From the NCBI RefSeq assembly GCF_009914755.1, contig NC_060941.1: 64,000 nt of DNA. The stretch is one strand, 5' to 3'. This stretch comes from the human T2T-CHM13v2.0 reference genome, Homo sapiens. The translations under genes were made by a program, and so were the position numbers. Shown here one piece after another: positions 23,026 through 40,168 of this stretch (position 1 is its first letter; each line of letters starts with the position of its first letter). The notes beneath the pieces are model-generated. The model was not told the origin of the DNA. It did no database searches and saw only the letters and a program-made list of their open reading frames with translations.

Positions 23026-23196
23026 GAAAGTCACAAACCTGCATCGCTTCGAGGAGAATCGAACACTGGAGAATAGACAGGCCGCTGTCGTCCCTGTGGG
23101 ATTTGTTCCGGGACCCTACCCTGGGATGTCCTGGGTTGTTTATCCCAAGTTGGTTGAGCACGGAAAGGGTGACTGGGAATAAGAGAAGGCAGCCTG

Positions 23197-23906
<710 letters not shown>

Positions 23907-24215
23907 CCTGAGCTCTGCAGTGCAACTCTGGCATCTGACTGGGCCTCTGAGCCGGGATGGGGTGAAAAGTTTTAGCTACAGGATGATTTTGATGCAAAGA
24001 TTTAGACACAAATGCCAGGCAACCCAGAAGAGGAGAGTGCTGCGCTGAGCATGAAGGAGGCGGGAGGCACGCACTGCAGCCCTCCACCCTCTGCCATCCT
24101 GGATCCACACCCCACGCAGAAACAGCTCCCAGCTCAGTGGCCGCCTTAACTTATGCCAAGCAAGGACAGAGTGGCTGCCTGGACATTCTCCCACACAGCT
24201 GAGGAGTGTGTGTGT

Positions 24216-24253
24216 GGGGCGGGGTGGGGGGGGGGGGGCGGGAGGGGGAGGGG
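24216..24253 (+). repeat. Poly-G tract, G-quadruplex-capable
   Basis: ggggcggggt(g)14cgggagggggagggg: at least five G-runs with 1-nt loops. Confidence 0.85.
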
Positions 24254-25791
24254 TCCCAAGGCCCAACTCCTACAAATCCAACTCCCAGGTCCTTTTATCC
24301 ACAGCCTCCTTCTGGGCCTTGGCTACATCCTGCCCCAGCACGTGCTGGTGAGCCAAGGAGCCTGGACAGGCCTGCACTCCTCGTGGACCCCCAGAGAAAG
24401 GCCCATTATGGCTCCCTCATCAAAGGAACCTCTCCTTCACCCACAAATCTTGCTGAGCACCAAGGCTAAACTGGAGAAAAGACCTCATTTCCCCCAAACT
24501 GGGTTTTGTGGAAACTGTGACACAGGCACACACCAAGCCTTCCGCCCAGGTGGCCTGAGCCACCTGAGACCTGTGATCTCAATAGATTGGTGCAACTGAA
24601 AACTTCCCCAGCTGGGCACGCAGCTCCTAGGGCTAACCGGGGTGGGGCAAGAAGCCGTGGGCGGGGTATGGGAAGGGCGTGGCTGACAGCAGGAGAAACA
24701 GAAAGTCCCACCTCCACTCTGGGCAGGTGAGGGGGCCCCCGCCTTGCTCCATCTGCCCTGGACAGGTCACTCGACTGAGACTCAGACATAAGAAGGAAGG
24801 AGGGCAGGGGGCTCCGAGACCACCTGCCGTGTAGCCAGACTTGCCCCAGGAAAACCATGCTGACCAGCACCAGGGCTGCAGAGGCTTGAGGTGCAGGACC
24901 AGGGTGGAAACTTCGAGCCAGCGGGTTCCTCCCATTTCTGCTGGTCCTCCCCCTCCATGGATCAGAACAAATAACTGGGCCCCTCCTGCCTCCCTCCATG
25001 GCGCCTGTCTTTTGGGGGCTAGGAGTCCGGAGGTCATGGGTATTTGCTGGGGAATCTGAGCAGCAGCACAGTCCCACGTGCCGGGTCCGGTCACCAAAGT
25101 CTCCAGCTTTTGTGGACGTCCCGAAAAAGCGGAACATTCGGGGGTCCCGGTCCCTGCCCAGCCAGTTTGCAGGGCCTCCTGGGCAGGGCGCAAGCAAGGA
25201 GCCACGCCAGGAGACGCCACCGGCTTTTTCACCTGCCCCTCTGGGCCTGTGGAACCTGCCTCGGGTAGGGCGGGCTTCCATCCCACCCTGGCTTGATCGG
25301 GGAGCCCCCAAATGGGGCTGGTGGGAGAAGCCCCAGCAGAGAAGCCCTTCCCCACCCAGCCCCAAGCCCAGAGAAGCCCAACTCCCACCTTATCTGCGAA
25401 AGTTTCTTCCTGGGGTCCCCAGTCCTCCAGCCCCCCGCCCCCACGCCGTGTCCCCCACGCTCCCCGCCCCCAGCGCTGGCATCCCAGGGCGCGCCGCCTG
25501 CCAAAAGCCAAACTGGCTCCCTTTCCTGGGGCTGGAGCTGCGGCGGAATTTCGGTGGAATTTTGAGGTTGAGACGCATCTCGGCAAAGAGAGGGAAAGAA
25601 AGGGAGAGGAGGGAGGGGGGAAAGAAAGTCGGCTCTGGGCGTCCACTTGCAGGATTCGAGAAGGCGCCGAGGGACCAGGAGGCGGGCGCTGGGGTCCCTC
25701 GGCCAGCGGCGGGCGGGCGGGGCGTCTGCGAACCCTCGGGGTCGCGGGGGAGGTGGGGCCCCGCGCGGGGGCTGGGGTCGCCGCTCCTTAC

Positions 25792-25921
25792 CTACATCTG
25801 CATTGCAAAACGCCTGTTGCGGGTGCACCGGGGAGCAGCTGCAGGCGTCGGCCGGGCGAAGCAGCGTCGCCAGCAGCAGGAGGCCGAGCGCCAGCCGCAG
25901 GGTGCGGGCCGCGGCGCCCAT
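25792..25921 (-). CDS. TIMP2: TIMP2 (tissue inhibitor of metalloproteinases 2) coding exon 1: signal peptide and mature N-terminus
   Basis: Translates to [43 protein letters not shown], the TIMP2 signal peptide plus the Cys1-Ser-Cys3 MMP-inhibitory N-terminus. Strong Kozak GCCCGCCATGG. 130 nt, ending at a phase-1 donor G|GTAAGG. The listed 230-aa ORF simply runs on into the intron. Confidence 0.99.
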
Positions 25922-26223
25922 GGCGGGCCGGGGGGCTGGGCGGGCGGGGGCCGCCGCTGGGGGGTCCGGGCGCTGCTCGCGGCGGCGGGCTGGGGGCGCG
26001 GGCGGGGGCTGAGCCGGGGCCGAGGCGGGCCCCTCCCGCGCGGCTCACCCTCCTCACCTGCCCCGCTCGGCCGCGCAAACTTTCTCTCCTCTTTGTCTCG
26101 GGGGCGCGAGGGGAGGGGCGCGGGGCGCAATTCGCCGGGCGGGGCGGCGGGGTGGGGGGCGGCGGGCGAGCGGCGCTGCGGCTCTCGGCGGCCGCGCTGC
26201 CTTCTACGGATGTGTTTGCTGCG
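25922..26223 (-). other. TIMP2: TIMP2 5' UTR (about 300 nt, very GC-rich)
   Basis: Lies between the TATA-like AATAAAA (26243-26249) and the ATG. Begins near CGCAGCAAACACATCC, which matches my recollection of the TIMP2 mRNA start. TSS approximate. Confidence 0.8.
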
Positions 26224-26242
26224 GGCTTGGGCCGGGCCGCAG

Positions 26243-26642
26243 TTTTATTGCGCTCGGAGGATTTTCTGCTCCTCCTCCCGGTGGCTGGCGGCCAATGCAG
26301 GCTCTGGGCGCTCCCAGCAGCCCCCTCCTCCCCCTCCGCCCGCGCCTCCCCCCAGCCCGCGCTTTTGTTGTGCCCGGCCTGGCACGTCGGGGGCTTCCCG
26401 CACCACCTGGCGCCCGCGACCCGCACCCGCGCGGGGGTCCCCGGACGCCCCCAGCCCCCCGACCCCGGTCCCCGCTGCGTGGCCTTCTGCGCCCGGGGTC
26501 CCTGACTCAGCGCGTGGGACTCGCGCCCCGTTCTTCCAGGGCACCAGGCGACCCACCCGCTACCCTTTCCCCTTCAGCTCGACTCTGGAGGGCTACGCTG
26601 CTCCGTCCCCCGCCACCCCGGGGTCCCTTCGAGCCCAGCCTC
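26243..26642 (-). promoter_or_regulatory. TIMP2 proximal promoter elements
   Basis: TATA-like AATAAAA 26243-26249 (minus), inverted CCAAT 26292-26296, AP-1 TGACTCA 26503-26509. GAGGCTGGG Sp1-type box 26634-26642 (minus) lies ~418 nt upstream of the TSS, where I recall the -418G>C variant. Confidence 0.8.
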
Positions 26643-27179
26643 GGGGCGAGCCAAGGGGTGTCCTTTGGAGCAGGGGCCGTTCCCTGTCGCCACCTCCCCG
26701 TTTCTGTGGGCGGGTGGCCTATTGAGAAACTGACAGGATCCCTTTTTCAAATGGAGGCCTTAGAATTTTAAGTGCGCCTGGCCAGTTTAGTTGGGGGGTG
26801 GGGGGTGTGGTTACTGTGAACAAAACAGGATTTTATATAAACTGGCCATATTTTTGACCAGCCAACAAGAGACGGGGGTGGGCCCAGGCGCCCAGGAGCC
26901 AGTAGGATCGCAGCAGAGGCATTGGCTGGGTTCCGCTCACAGTTTCCTCTCTTAGTCCACAAATGTGGGAGCCGAAGGACTTTTCCCAAAACAGTTTTGT
27001 GTTCCAGGAAAGACCCAGGCATATGAAGAGATGAACATGTGTAGGGTGGTGAGGCGGGCTTCCTGGCTGTGAACCTGCCTGTGCCCGGCTGTGGGCACCC
27101 ACCCTGTACATTTGGTGTGTGCCCCGTGGGGCTCCATGGACACTGCTGCACTCAGGTCAGCACTCCAGCCCTCAGGTCA

Positions 27180-28845
<1,666 letters not shown>

Positions 28846-28999
28846 TCTCTCCCCTCAATTCCCCCACCAGAGAGTACTCTACTTTTCTGTTCCCTCTACC
28901 ATTATCTCCTCCAAACAGGTCTCTAAACCAGAAGTTTCCAGCTTTCTTTTCCTCCCTTTTCTCTTGGTTCTCTCTCTCTCCCTCCTCCCTCCATCCATC

Positions 29000-29420
29000 A
29001 ACAAATACTCATTTGAGTATCTGCTGTAGCCTGGACACCGTCCTAAGAGTGAGACATTCAGCGTCTACAGAACAGAGGAACATCCCTGGAACAGCAGGTG
29101 GAAACACGCAAGGCCCCAAGGTTGGACGATGCTGGACCTGGTGGAGCCCATGGTGTGGCGAGGAGTGAGAGGAAGGAGGGCTGAGGCAGGAGGCCAGGAG
29201 CAGGGGCTGGGAGGGGACACGGCGGAGGGCAGCCAGGCTACCGGGAGGATGTGCATTTTGTTCTGAGTGAGGTGGGAGCCTTTGGAGGGTTCTGAGCAGA
29301 GGGGCAGGATCGGACGCATCCCCTGGAAGGATGGGACTCTGGTGGGTGGCCCGGGTGGGGGCAGGGAGCCCAGTGAAAGGGCAGGTGCTGGAGATGCAGA
29401 GACTCCAGAGTCACAAAACC
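29000..29420 (+). mobile_element. Degenerate L2 fragments
   Basis: tccatcaacaaatactcatttgagtatctgctgtagcctggacaccgtcctaag...gggagcctttggagggttctgagcagagg. Confidence 0.55.
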
Positions 29421-29751
29421 CCTTTCTGGTGCAGTGCCGTGAATGGCTGACCTGCGGCTGCAAAGTCAGATGAAGAGGGGACTGAGGTCTGAGGGCCCAA
29501 ATGACTCTCCCAAGGGCACAGCAGGGAGGGGAGAGGACAGTCCCAGCAGCCAGGCCTCCCTCGCAGCCCACAGCCCCCAGCTTGCTGACCCAGCCATCTC
29601 CCTGCTGCTTGGGGCCCTCAGGGTCTTGGCTCCTGAGCCAGCTTCTGTCTCATTAACCACCCTCCACCTTCTCTTCCAGTTAGGGTCCTCACACTTCAAA
29701 ATCAAGGAAACTGAGGCCTCAGACCAGGAACCTACTGAAGACAGGGAGTAG

Positions 29752-30523
<772 letters not shown>

Positions 30524-31844
30524 TGATATTGGTGGGTGGACTACCATAGGGACCATAAGCGACACCCAGCCCAGATGCAGCCTGGGGGACCCTGGCTTGG
30601 ATCAGCTTAAGAGCAGAGGCTCTCAGCCTCTCAGGACAGACAGGAGCACGAGGGAGCCCTGTGAAGTATGGGGGTGATTTCAGGGCCCTCAGACCACGCT
30701 CCAGGGGCCACCGCTTCCCACGAGGAACATCGTCTTGCTCCCCCACCCCCTCAAAGAGACCTTCCTGGCAGAGAGCACAGCAGAGCTGTCAGGCGTGTGT
30801 GCACCCTCGCCTGAACACACCAGGCGAACACCTCCCAGGCTGGACCTGATGAATCCTGTCCGGGGCCGGAGGAAGTGCCAAGGCCTCCTCCCTGTCGCTC
30901 CCGTCTCAGGCCACCAGGCAGGACGCCCTCCCTGCTGCGCCGGGCTGGCGGGAGGATGCTGCTCTTCTCGGTGGCCTCGCCCTCCCAGTCTGGATGAGAG
31001 CCATCTTCCCCTGAGCAGGTCACGTTCTCTCTGTGGAGACAGCTTGAACGGACCCGAAGCCCCCACGTTCTTTCTGGCAGGTTCCTAGAGAGCCAGATGT
31101 TCTCATCCAGAGACAGCATGGACGTTGGCCCCACACACCCGGGAAATTGACCCCCTGCCGATGGCTGGAACTCCGGCCCTCAGGGGAGTGTCCAGGGCAG
31201 TCTCAGGGGCAGGGAGCCGGCAGCTGTAGAGGAAGGTGGGGACCGTGTCTGAGTCTGGCTGTCTGGGAGGTGACACTTCAGTCAGGTGACACGTGGCTGT
31301 CAAGAGTCTGAGGCCCGGCTGGATGGGCAGGCAGCCCATCTGTGCCTCCCCATCCAGCCGGGTCTCAGACTCTTGGTCACAATGGGCACCCAGCCCACGT
31401 GTCCGTCCCCAACATCCACTGGTGGGGCTGTTCACCACAGGACATCCTGAAGATGACAAGAAGGTGAGTCAAGAGTGATGGCTGGGCGTGGTGGCTCACG
31501 CCTGTAATCCTAACACTTTGGGAGGCCGAGGTGGGCAGATCACTTGAGGTCAGGAGTTTGAGACCAGCCTGGCCAACATGGTGACACCCCATCTTTACTA
31601 AAAATATAAAAATTAGCCGGAATTCACTTGAACCAGGGAGGCAGAGGTTGCAGTGAGCCAAGATCCTGCCACTGCACTCCAGCCTGGTCAACAGAGCAAG
31701 ACTCAATCTCAAAAAAAAAAAATAGAGTGACTGGGACCCACTGTGCTTGAGACAAGATACACAGGCAGCATGAGCGGCTCATCGTGTTCTATGGTGGACG
31801 TGCTGAAGGGCATTTCAACATGGATTTCATTAGCCATCTTCTTT

Positions 31845-32036
31845 AGGGGCCGGGCTTCTCCGCCTTGGCACAGTTGACATTTGGGCCAGATCCCTCTTTG
31901 TGGGGGGCTGTCATGGGCACTGTAGGGTGTTCAGCACCATCCCTGGCCGGACCCACTGGATGCCAGCACCCTCTCCAATTGCAACCATCAAAAATGTCTC
32001 AAGACATTGCAAAACGGTCCTGGTTGGAAACCACTA
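31845..32036. mobile_element. MER20 hAT-Charlie relic
   Basis: ccttggcacagttgacatttgggccagat...ttgtggggggctgtc...cactgtagggtgttcagcaccatccctggcc...aaaaatgtctcaagacattgc. Confidence 0.8.
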
Positions 32037-32809
32037 ACAAACCAATAAAAGTCTTTGGTCCTGAGCAAAGCAAGGTGCAGAGACATAGGAACAAACAGGT
32101 TCTATAGAGAACAAGAATGCAGATGGGAGAGTGAAGGTCCCCACAGCCTGGAGACCAAGACATGCACCATGCTGCCGACACCGATTGTCAGGGGAGAGAG
32201 GCCAGGCACAGAATAGAATTTTTTTTTTCTTTTTTGAGACAGAGTCTCGCTCTGTCGCCTAAGCTGGAGTACAGTGGGACAATCTTAGCTCACTGCAACC
32301 TCCACCTCCCGGGTTCAAGCAATTCTCCTGCCTCGCCTTCCAAGTAGCTGGTATTAGAGGTTCCCACCACCACGCCCGGCTAATTTTTGTGTTTTTAGTG
32401 GTGACGGGGTTTTACCATGCTGGTTGGGCTGATCTCGAACTCCTACCTCAAGTGATCTGCCTGCCTCGGCCTCCCTAAATGCTGGGCTTACAGGCATGAG
32501 CCACCGCACCTGGCCGAAAAAGATTTTTTATAAGTGTCCATGGTATGGACACAGTGTCTTGCACCTGTAATCTCAGAACTTTGGGAGGCTGAGGCAGGAG
32601 GATCACCTGACACCAGGAGTTTGAGACCAGCCTGGGCAACACAGTGAGACCCCATCTCGACAAAGAATTAAAGAAATTAGGTGGTCAAGGCCAGGTGCAG
32701 TGGCTCATGCCTGTAATCCCAGCACTTTGGGAGGCCAAGGAAGCTGGATCACTTGAGGCCAGGAGTTCCAGAGCAGCCTGGCCAACATAGCGAAATCCTG
32801 TCTCTACTA

Positions 32810-33034
<225 letters not shown>

Positions 33035-33195
33035 TCAGCTTTTTGGGAGGCTGAGGCAGGAGGATCACTTGAACCCAAGAGTTCAAGGCTTTAGTGAGCT
33101 CTGATTGGGTCACTGCACTCCAGCCTGGGCAACAGAACAAGAGACTGACTCTTAAAAAAAAAATTTCCATAATAAACAGCATGTATAATACTTCA

Positions 33196-33564
<369 letters not shown>

Positions 33565-33741
33565 TCACAGAAAGGTTAGTGGGTGCGCCTGGGCAATGGG
33601 AACTCAGGTAGGTGGGTGTCTTCTGTCCTGTTCCGTGTGGAGCAGGTAATGTAATATTCCGATGAGGGTCCGGCCCTGAAATGGGCAGGCCTGGGGGAAG
33701 GAGCACAGATGTTTCCCACCCTTTCTGTATAACACTATTAA

Positions 33742-34038
<297 letters not shown>

Positions 34039-37000
34039 TGATCTATTTCATGCCATCCCACAGGCCATCTTTGAGAAGGTGGGACTTTGGCCTCTCTCCG
34101 TCACTTCCATCTCCTGTCACCCCAACCTACCGCCCCTCCGCAGACAGGCACCCCTCAGGGCAAAAGCAGCCATGAGCCAGGGCACCTCCCTTTAGCAAAC
34201 CTGCTTGGATTCCAGCCTCTGCACACCCCTTGTGCCCGGCACAACCTTCACAGCCCCAGGCAGCAGCCCCAAAGCCAGCCCTGTTGCCCTGGTCAAGTCT
34301 CTAGTGACACCAGAAAGAAAGGAGGAGAGGCAGAGAGGTTGTCCTGGTGGTAAGCAAGAAGCCCATGACATCACTGGCTCTACAGACTGCCACGGGTAAA
34401 CAGCTTAGACCAGATGACTCAGGCTGAAAGCATATGAACCCTTCCTGCAGGGAGGCCGCCCGGATGCAACAGTGGTTTCACCCCTGAGCCGGGCAGCCTT
34501 GGCAGACCTTGCTTCACGTGGGCTGAAATGGCAGTGTCTCTCCTCTTTGTGGCCAGGTTTTGCCTCCTCTTTGACTCGGAAGCATCTCCTATCCTGCAAG
34601 GACAGTTTGAGCAGGGCCCCCGGGCCTTCCTTCCAAGAGGCTTCTGCAGCTGTGGACCCCCAAGAGTTTATGCCGCTGAGCTCTGCTGTCTCTCCCCACC
34701 TGCTCCCCACCTGTCTGCCCCCACACCTGCGACTCTGGCTCTCCTGGATCCTCCTGTAGACTGGTTCCTATAAGCACAAGGAGGAACATGCGAGATGCTG
34801 GGATTGGATGCTCTGGGCCTGGGGCTGGTGTTTCCTCATGCCCGGGCTATTTCCTTTTGGCCCTGGGCATGCAGTCATGTGCTTCCTTTCATGGGCGGGT
34901 TGGGGACCAGGGCCAGCGAGCAGAGACGGTCCCCAGGGCTTCTCCATCACTGGCTCTCCCCAGGAAGCAGCCTCAGCTGGCGTGCTGGGGACCGGAGCTG
35001 GCCATGAGGGAGGGGTGGACAGTGGAGGAACCGGCTGCCCAGCTCAGCAGGGATTTGTGGAGGCTGACTTGCATGGTTTCGGGTTTGCCTTGCCTGGAAG
35101 CCTGGCCAGGGGAGGCTCAGGTTTCTCGCCAGCTGGCCTTCCTCCTCCTCCTCCGTGTGAGTGACGCCCCATGGCCATGATGTCATCACCTCGTACAAAC
35201 AGAAGGGAGACTGGCTTGGCGGAGCTGGCGGCTGTCCCATGCTGAGTGCAGCAGTAAATTTCATTTCAAGGCTATGATTAGGTCTGTGCCCAAGAATGTC
35301 CCCTCTCTCCTCCCCTCTACCCAGGCCTGTTTTTCTCTCTCTGTTCCTGTCCCGCCTGCTTTTCCTCCTTGCCCTCCCCTCTGGTCCTTCCTCTCTCTCC
35401 TCTGGGGATGCTTCAGTTTCTCTGTGATATGGACCCTGTGGCCAGCAGCAGCATCAGGCCCGAGCCAGACTCTCATTACCTCCAGTTTCAAACTCAGCCT
35501 CACGTCCTCTGGAACCAGCTTCCTGAAGCCTGGGACAGGTCTGAGTCCCTGGATTCCTCCTGGGGAGGATGGGTTGGGGTGAGGGGCAGAGTTCCTGAAG
35601 GTCCTCATTCAACCTTGAGCTGGAGTGCCGGACAGCAGGAAGAGCAGGCTTGGGGGTGGCTGTGGTCACTACCACCGAGATCAGAGGCAGTGAGGCAGGA
35701 GAAAGGTGAGAAGGAGCCAAGCTTCTTGGAAAGCGATTCAGATCCTTCTCGCCATTCCCAGCTGGTTTCTGGAGATTTGAGTCTGACTCGTTAACTCACT
35801 TTTTGGCATGGCCACCCTTCCTCTCAGCCCCCAGAGGGCCCCTAGGCTCTGTGGACACCTGTGACAGCCCTGTCACCCATCACACTCTGCCTTGCCTCTT
35901 GCGTGACTGGCTACCCTGGTTCTGTCCTGGTGCTCTCCGGCCCAGGAACAAGGCTGACGGCTCGTCACCCCTCAGCGTCCCCTGCATTCACCGGCCCCTG
36001 CTTGCCTCCCCTCGAAGGTGCCACCCGGCCACAGAGCCGTGTTGCTGTGGATGCCCATGAGGAAGGCTCCGATGTCTGGGCAGTTGGTGTCCCACCGCAC
36101 CTGCACTGGGCTGGGCTCCCTGCTGGGGTAGAGGGTGCTCTGGGTCGCTGTCGGTGCTGCCTGTCCTGTGGGACTGTGGTTCTGACCCCTTGAAGGAGGT
36201 AGCAGAACGCCCTAGATGTGGCCTCGTTGATGAGAGAGCCCACAGTCACTCCCGGCCCCATCAGACACTGCCTGCCCCGCATTCAGCCATCCTTCCTCAT
36301 TAAGACCGGCCTGGCCTCCAACCCCTGCTCACCAGGCAACAGCCAGCTGAGAGTGAGGCGATGCGCTGCAGCCCCGGGGAGGGGCCCAGCTGGGGCGGGG
36401 CGGAGATGCAGTCGTCCTAGCAACCGGCAGAGGTGGACCCCGCATTTCTGTGGCTCATCACCCTGACTTCATCCAGACTCCCTGTATTTTATCTCATAGA
36501 TTTCTCATTCTGATGTCTGTCTCCCCTACTGACTGTAACCTCTTAAGGCTATAGTTCATGTATTCATTCAACTGGTATTTACTGGGCACCAGCCATGGGC
36601 TGTGCAGACGTCAGGGAAATGGATGGGGAGTGACCCCTCCTTCCTGCAGCGCAAACCATCCTTTAATATGAAAGAGACAGAGACCATTGCAAAGAGTGTG
36701 CTGGGTGCGGTGACTGTGGTGCGACCCAGGACAATGGACGGGCGCCAGCAGGGTTGGGGTGGTCTGGGGGGGCTGTCTGGGATGTCTCGAGTGGGACCTG
36801 GAGGTTGAGTCAGGGTGATCCAGGTGGAGGAGGCAGGCACTGCTTCAGACCAGGGAGCTAGCGGCGCTGGGAGGCCCACAGGCCGGAGGACACCCAGGAC
36901 TCCAGGGGGTCAGGCTGGCTGAGCCAGAGCCGGGTGGGGGCAGAGCCTGGGCTGTCGGCACAGGGGGCTGAAGGTGAGTGCAGGGAGATGGAGACAGCGG

Positions 37001-37254
37001 CAGCTGTTGGTGGTGACTCACTGCTACTCCGATGATTGGAAACACATGTTCCCGCCGAGAGGCGCGTTTATTACTCACAGCCGAGGGTTCTTGGACGACA
37101 TGGACGTCAACAGGGAGAGGGGTGGGGAGGGAGAGTGGTCGGCGGTGGGGTGGTGGGGAGGGGCTCCAGGGTCCCTTACTTGTCGCTGCTCACCGACTCT
37201 GCCCCTTAGAGTCTGCGACAGGATGCTCTGGCCATATTCCTACTTGCTACTTTA

Positions 37255-37665
<411 letters not shown>

Positions 37666-38116
37666 TCATCCGGGTTTGTTTCATCAACATCCACCCAAGA
37701 GGATTATTTCGAAGCCGATCCCAGACATTGTAGTTCACAGGCAAATATTGGAAGAACTTTTTTTGTTGTTTTTACAATTTTATTTCTTATTTCTTTTTAA
37801 ATGATTACCTTCTCTTCTTCTGGATAGAGAAGCATGTCAACTTTATATGGCAGCGGCTTATCTTAGCACAAGACATTTCTCTTAAGGGCAAAACCAGCTT
37901 CCCAGCATCCTTGCCTTGGAATCCTCACCCTCTGTGAAAACACACAACTTTTCACCCATCCTTGCAAATATGCCCTGGGGATGCCTTCAGGCCTGAACAT
38001 TTTAATTTGGCAGGTGGCCAAGCAATATGCTTTATTTCTCCTTCCTAATTCTTGAGGGTGCTGAGAGGCTCTGCCCGAGGCATCGGCTATAGGTAAAGGC
38101 TTGTCATTTTTTTTGA

Positions 38117-38275
<159 letters not shown>

Positions 38276-39147
38276 TAAGTAGAGACCATGTTGGCCAGGT
38301 TGGTCTTGAACTCCTGACCTCAAGTGATCCACTCACCTTGGCCTTCCAAAGTGCTGGGATTACAGGCGTTGAGCCACCGCGCCAGGCCAAGCCTTGTGAT
38401 TTCTCAGGAGACTGGAGGTTTCTACGTGGGTGAAGGGACATTTGAAATATGATTATTACTTACCATGTTGGGATGCCTATGACATGCCACTTCCAAGCCA
38501 TGATCTGATCTGATTCTCCTCCCACCGTGCAGTGCGGAAGGAGAGTTTAATACAGCAGCTCAACTGGGCTTGAGAATCAGATAAGCCGGAGTTCGCCTCC
38601 TACCGCCAGCTGGGTGACCTGAGCATGCGTGCTTCATGGGCTCCACCTCTCCTTCATTATTTGGAAAATGGGATCCTGCTAGTACCTGTCTGAAGGAGCT
38701 CACGGAACAGCGTGGAGCACATGGCAAGTTGTTGTGATGTTGGCTATGAAGGAGCCAAGAAACAAAAGCAGGATCGTACAGCTGGGAGGTTGCTGGAGCC
38801 AGGATTCAAACCCCCCCGCCAAAAGCTGTCAGACCCTGAACGCTGTCCCCCTTTTCCACCAGCAGGCACCCCTGAGCTCCCTTTGTTAGTGTCCACTGAC
38901 CGACCCGGACCAGTGACTTTTGGTCCTGATCTGAAAGGTCTCTCTGCTGGGACCCATCCCATGGGCACCAGGGTTAGGGGAGATGTCCAGGGAAGCATTT
39001 TCCTTAAGAGATCAAGAGCCTTGGGAACCAGTAGCAAGGGGGGCCTTTCAGCCAATGTGGAAGTGGAGAGGAACCAGAAGAGAGCCATTCCTTTCCCCCG
39101 GAGGCAGGTGGAGGCCGCTCCTCCCACCTGCGGACAGGTCGCCTTAG

Positions 39148-39486
<339 letters not shown>

Positions 39487-39541
39487 TAAGGAATAGACCC
39501 CCAGATGAGACAGCTCAGTCGAAGGGGCTTCATTCAAATGA

Positions 39542-40168
<627 letters not shown>

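Larger units (their letters stand above)
25400..26720. promoter_or_regulatory. CpG island over the TIMP2 promoter, exon 1 and start of intron 1
   Basis: Very high GC and dense CpG by eye, many GC boxes, no interspersed repeats. Confidence 0.93.

Noticed and set aside
25229-25791. Extension of the TIMP2 ORF to 230 aa
   Set aside because: Read-through past the canonical donor; sequence after NADV is not TIMP-like.
24998-26725. 575-aa plus-strand ORF and other 200-400 aa ORFs over the CpG island
   Set aside because: Low-complexity Arg/Gly/Pro/Ala translations in all frames, expected from stop-codon scarcity at very high GC. No recognisable domain.
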